From: an uncultured Chloroflexia bacterium
Lineage (GTDB): Bacteria > Chloroflexota > Dehalococcoidia > Dehalococcoidales > UBA2162
Assembly (NCBI GenBank): GCA_963735055.1
Contig: CAVTJN010000010.1
Span: 47,442-111,441, forward strand
Direction of reading: 5' to 3'
Length of the DNA: 64,000 nt
A model generated the notes under the pieces. That model did no database searches and had not been told where the DNA came from. It worked only from the letters and a program-made list of their open reading frames with translations. Of this stretch, positions 63,028 through 64,000 are shown in pieces; position 1 is the stretch's first letter; every line of letters starts with the position of its first letter. The position numbers were made by a program, and so were the translations under genes.

Positions 63028-63906
63028 TCATGCCAATATGTAAAGCAGCGCCGGAATGATCAGCAGGCTGGCAATGGTGGTTACGAATACAACACTCGAC
63101 ACCAGTTCGGGCTCGTTACCGTATTTCATCGCCAATATCGAGGTGTTGGCCGCCGAAGGCATGGCTGAATCCAGAATGACGACCGACCGCGAGACTCCGC
63201 TCAGGCCGAAGATGCTGGCGGCCGCAAAGCCCATGCCCAAACCCACGCCAACTCTGATTCCGGACGCGAGGGCGGTCGACGGCAGGTCGGTGATGCGGAC
63301 TGAGGAGAGACGGTACCCGAGGACAAGCAGGGTCAACGGAATGACCATGGTGCCGATAAGCTGTACCGGGTTGAACACGAGTCCAGGCAGTTTTACGTGG
63401 AGGAGGTTGAACACCAACCCCAGGACAGCGCCGTAGATCGCGGGCATCTTGAGCGTTTCCCTGATTCCGTCTTTCCAGTTCCGCCGCGACAGTATCATGA
63501 CGCCGACGGTGAAGGACAGCAGGGTAACCGGGATGTAAAACAGGGTGGCCGCAAGCAGCCCCTCCTGGCCGTAGGCCAGGGACATCACCGGGAATGGAAT
63601 ATTGACCGCATTCATAATAATGATGGGGACATAGAGCCCGGAGTGCTTGAACCTGGCCATCTTGAAGACCACAAAGGCAACGGCTGCGGTGCCGGCCATG
63701 ATGAAGAGGGCGCTGGCCCAGATCTTGCTGGCGTCGAGCAGGACAATTTCCTTACTGAGCATGGCCGTAAATGCCAGCGCCGGCAGACCGATGTAGAAAA
63801 TGAGGTCAACGACCGCCGACGTGTCGAGGCGTTTCACTTTGCCGAGGACGTATCCGACCAGGATAACAATGAACGTGGGCAGGACGATATTCAGGATGTT
63901 GAGCAT
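63028..63906 (-). CDS. AEC-family (auxin efflux carrier) transporter
   Basis: About 10 TM segments, IGLPALAF, N..NIPFP, IPL.LL.LG, AMPSAAN. Confidence 0.88.
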   Translation of the reverse strand: MLNILNIVLPTFIVILVGYVLGKVKRLDTSAVVDLIFYIGLPALAFTAMLSKEIVLLDASKIWASALFIMAGTAAVAFVVFKMARFKHSGLYVPIIIMNAVNIPFPVMSLAYGQEGLLAATLFYIPVTLLSFTVGVMILSRRNWKDGIRETLKMPAIYGAVLGLVFNLLHVKLPGLVFNPVQLIGTMVIPLTLLVLGYRLSSVRITDLPSTALASGIRVGVGLGMGFAAASIFGLSGVSRSVVILDSAMPSAANTSILAMKYGNEPELVSSVVFVTTIASLLIIPALLYILA

Positions 63907-63912
63907 GGGGTT

Positions 63913-64000
63913 CTACATCTTGCCCCGCACCCGGTTCAGACCCTCGGCGATCTTCTCAACGTCGAGTGCGATTTCAAAGAACTGCAGCTGTTCACGGTAA
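63913..64000 (-). CDS. 3' end of an unidentified CDS (partial)
   Basis: ...YREQLQFFEIALDVEKIAEGLNRVRGKM*, ending 6 nt before the AEC transporter start. Confidence 0.6.
   Translation of the reverse strand, partial: YREQLQFFEIALDVEKIAEGLNRVRGKM

Overview
GC-rich bacterial chromosomal segment, most likely from an anaerobic Dehalococcoidia (Chloroflexota) genome. This is an inference from gene content and order: a 23S-5S rRNA unit without an adjacent 16S, an ilvDBN-leuACDB-cimA cluster and a clpC-radA-ispDF-cysS cluster. It is mostly core housekeeping DNA; I saw no prophage, CRISPR array or intact transposase. The most notable items are: (1) a menA-menG-menK-like cluster pointing to methylmenaquinone synthesis, with a hairpin-containing uORF ahead of menA; (2) a KUP/KimA-like APC transporter divergent from a USP and two TrkA genes; (3) two candidate leader-peptide attenuators (Ile/Leu/Val before ilvD, Leu before leuA); (4) several apparently leaderless genes; (5) a CtsR-like operator at clpC; (6) a MITE-like element after mutM; (7) an orphan N4-C/N6-A DNA methyltransferase coupled to gltX; (8) a lone acyl-CoA synthetase beta subunit coupled to an adenylate-forming enzyme with degenerate catalytic motifs; (9) a probable dual QueD/PTPS-III next to folK. 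Single-base frameshifts in trkA, cysS and cimA are most likely sequencing or assembly errors. All functional calls come from motif recognition by eye; no database searches were run.
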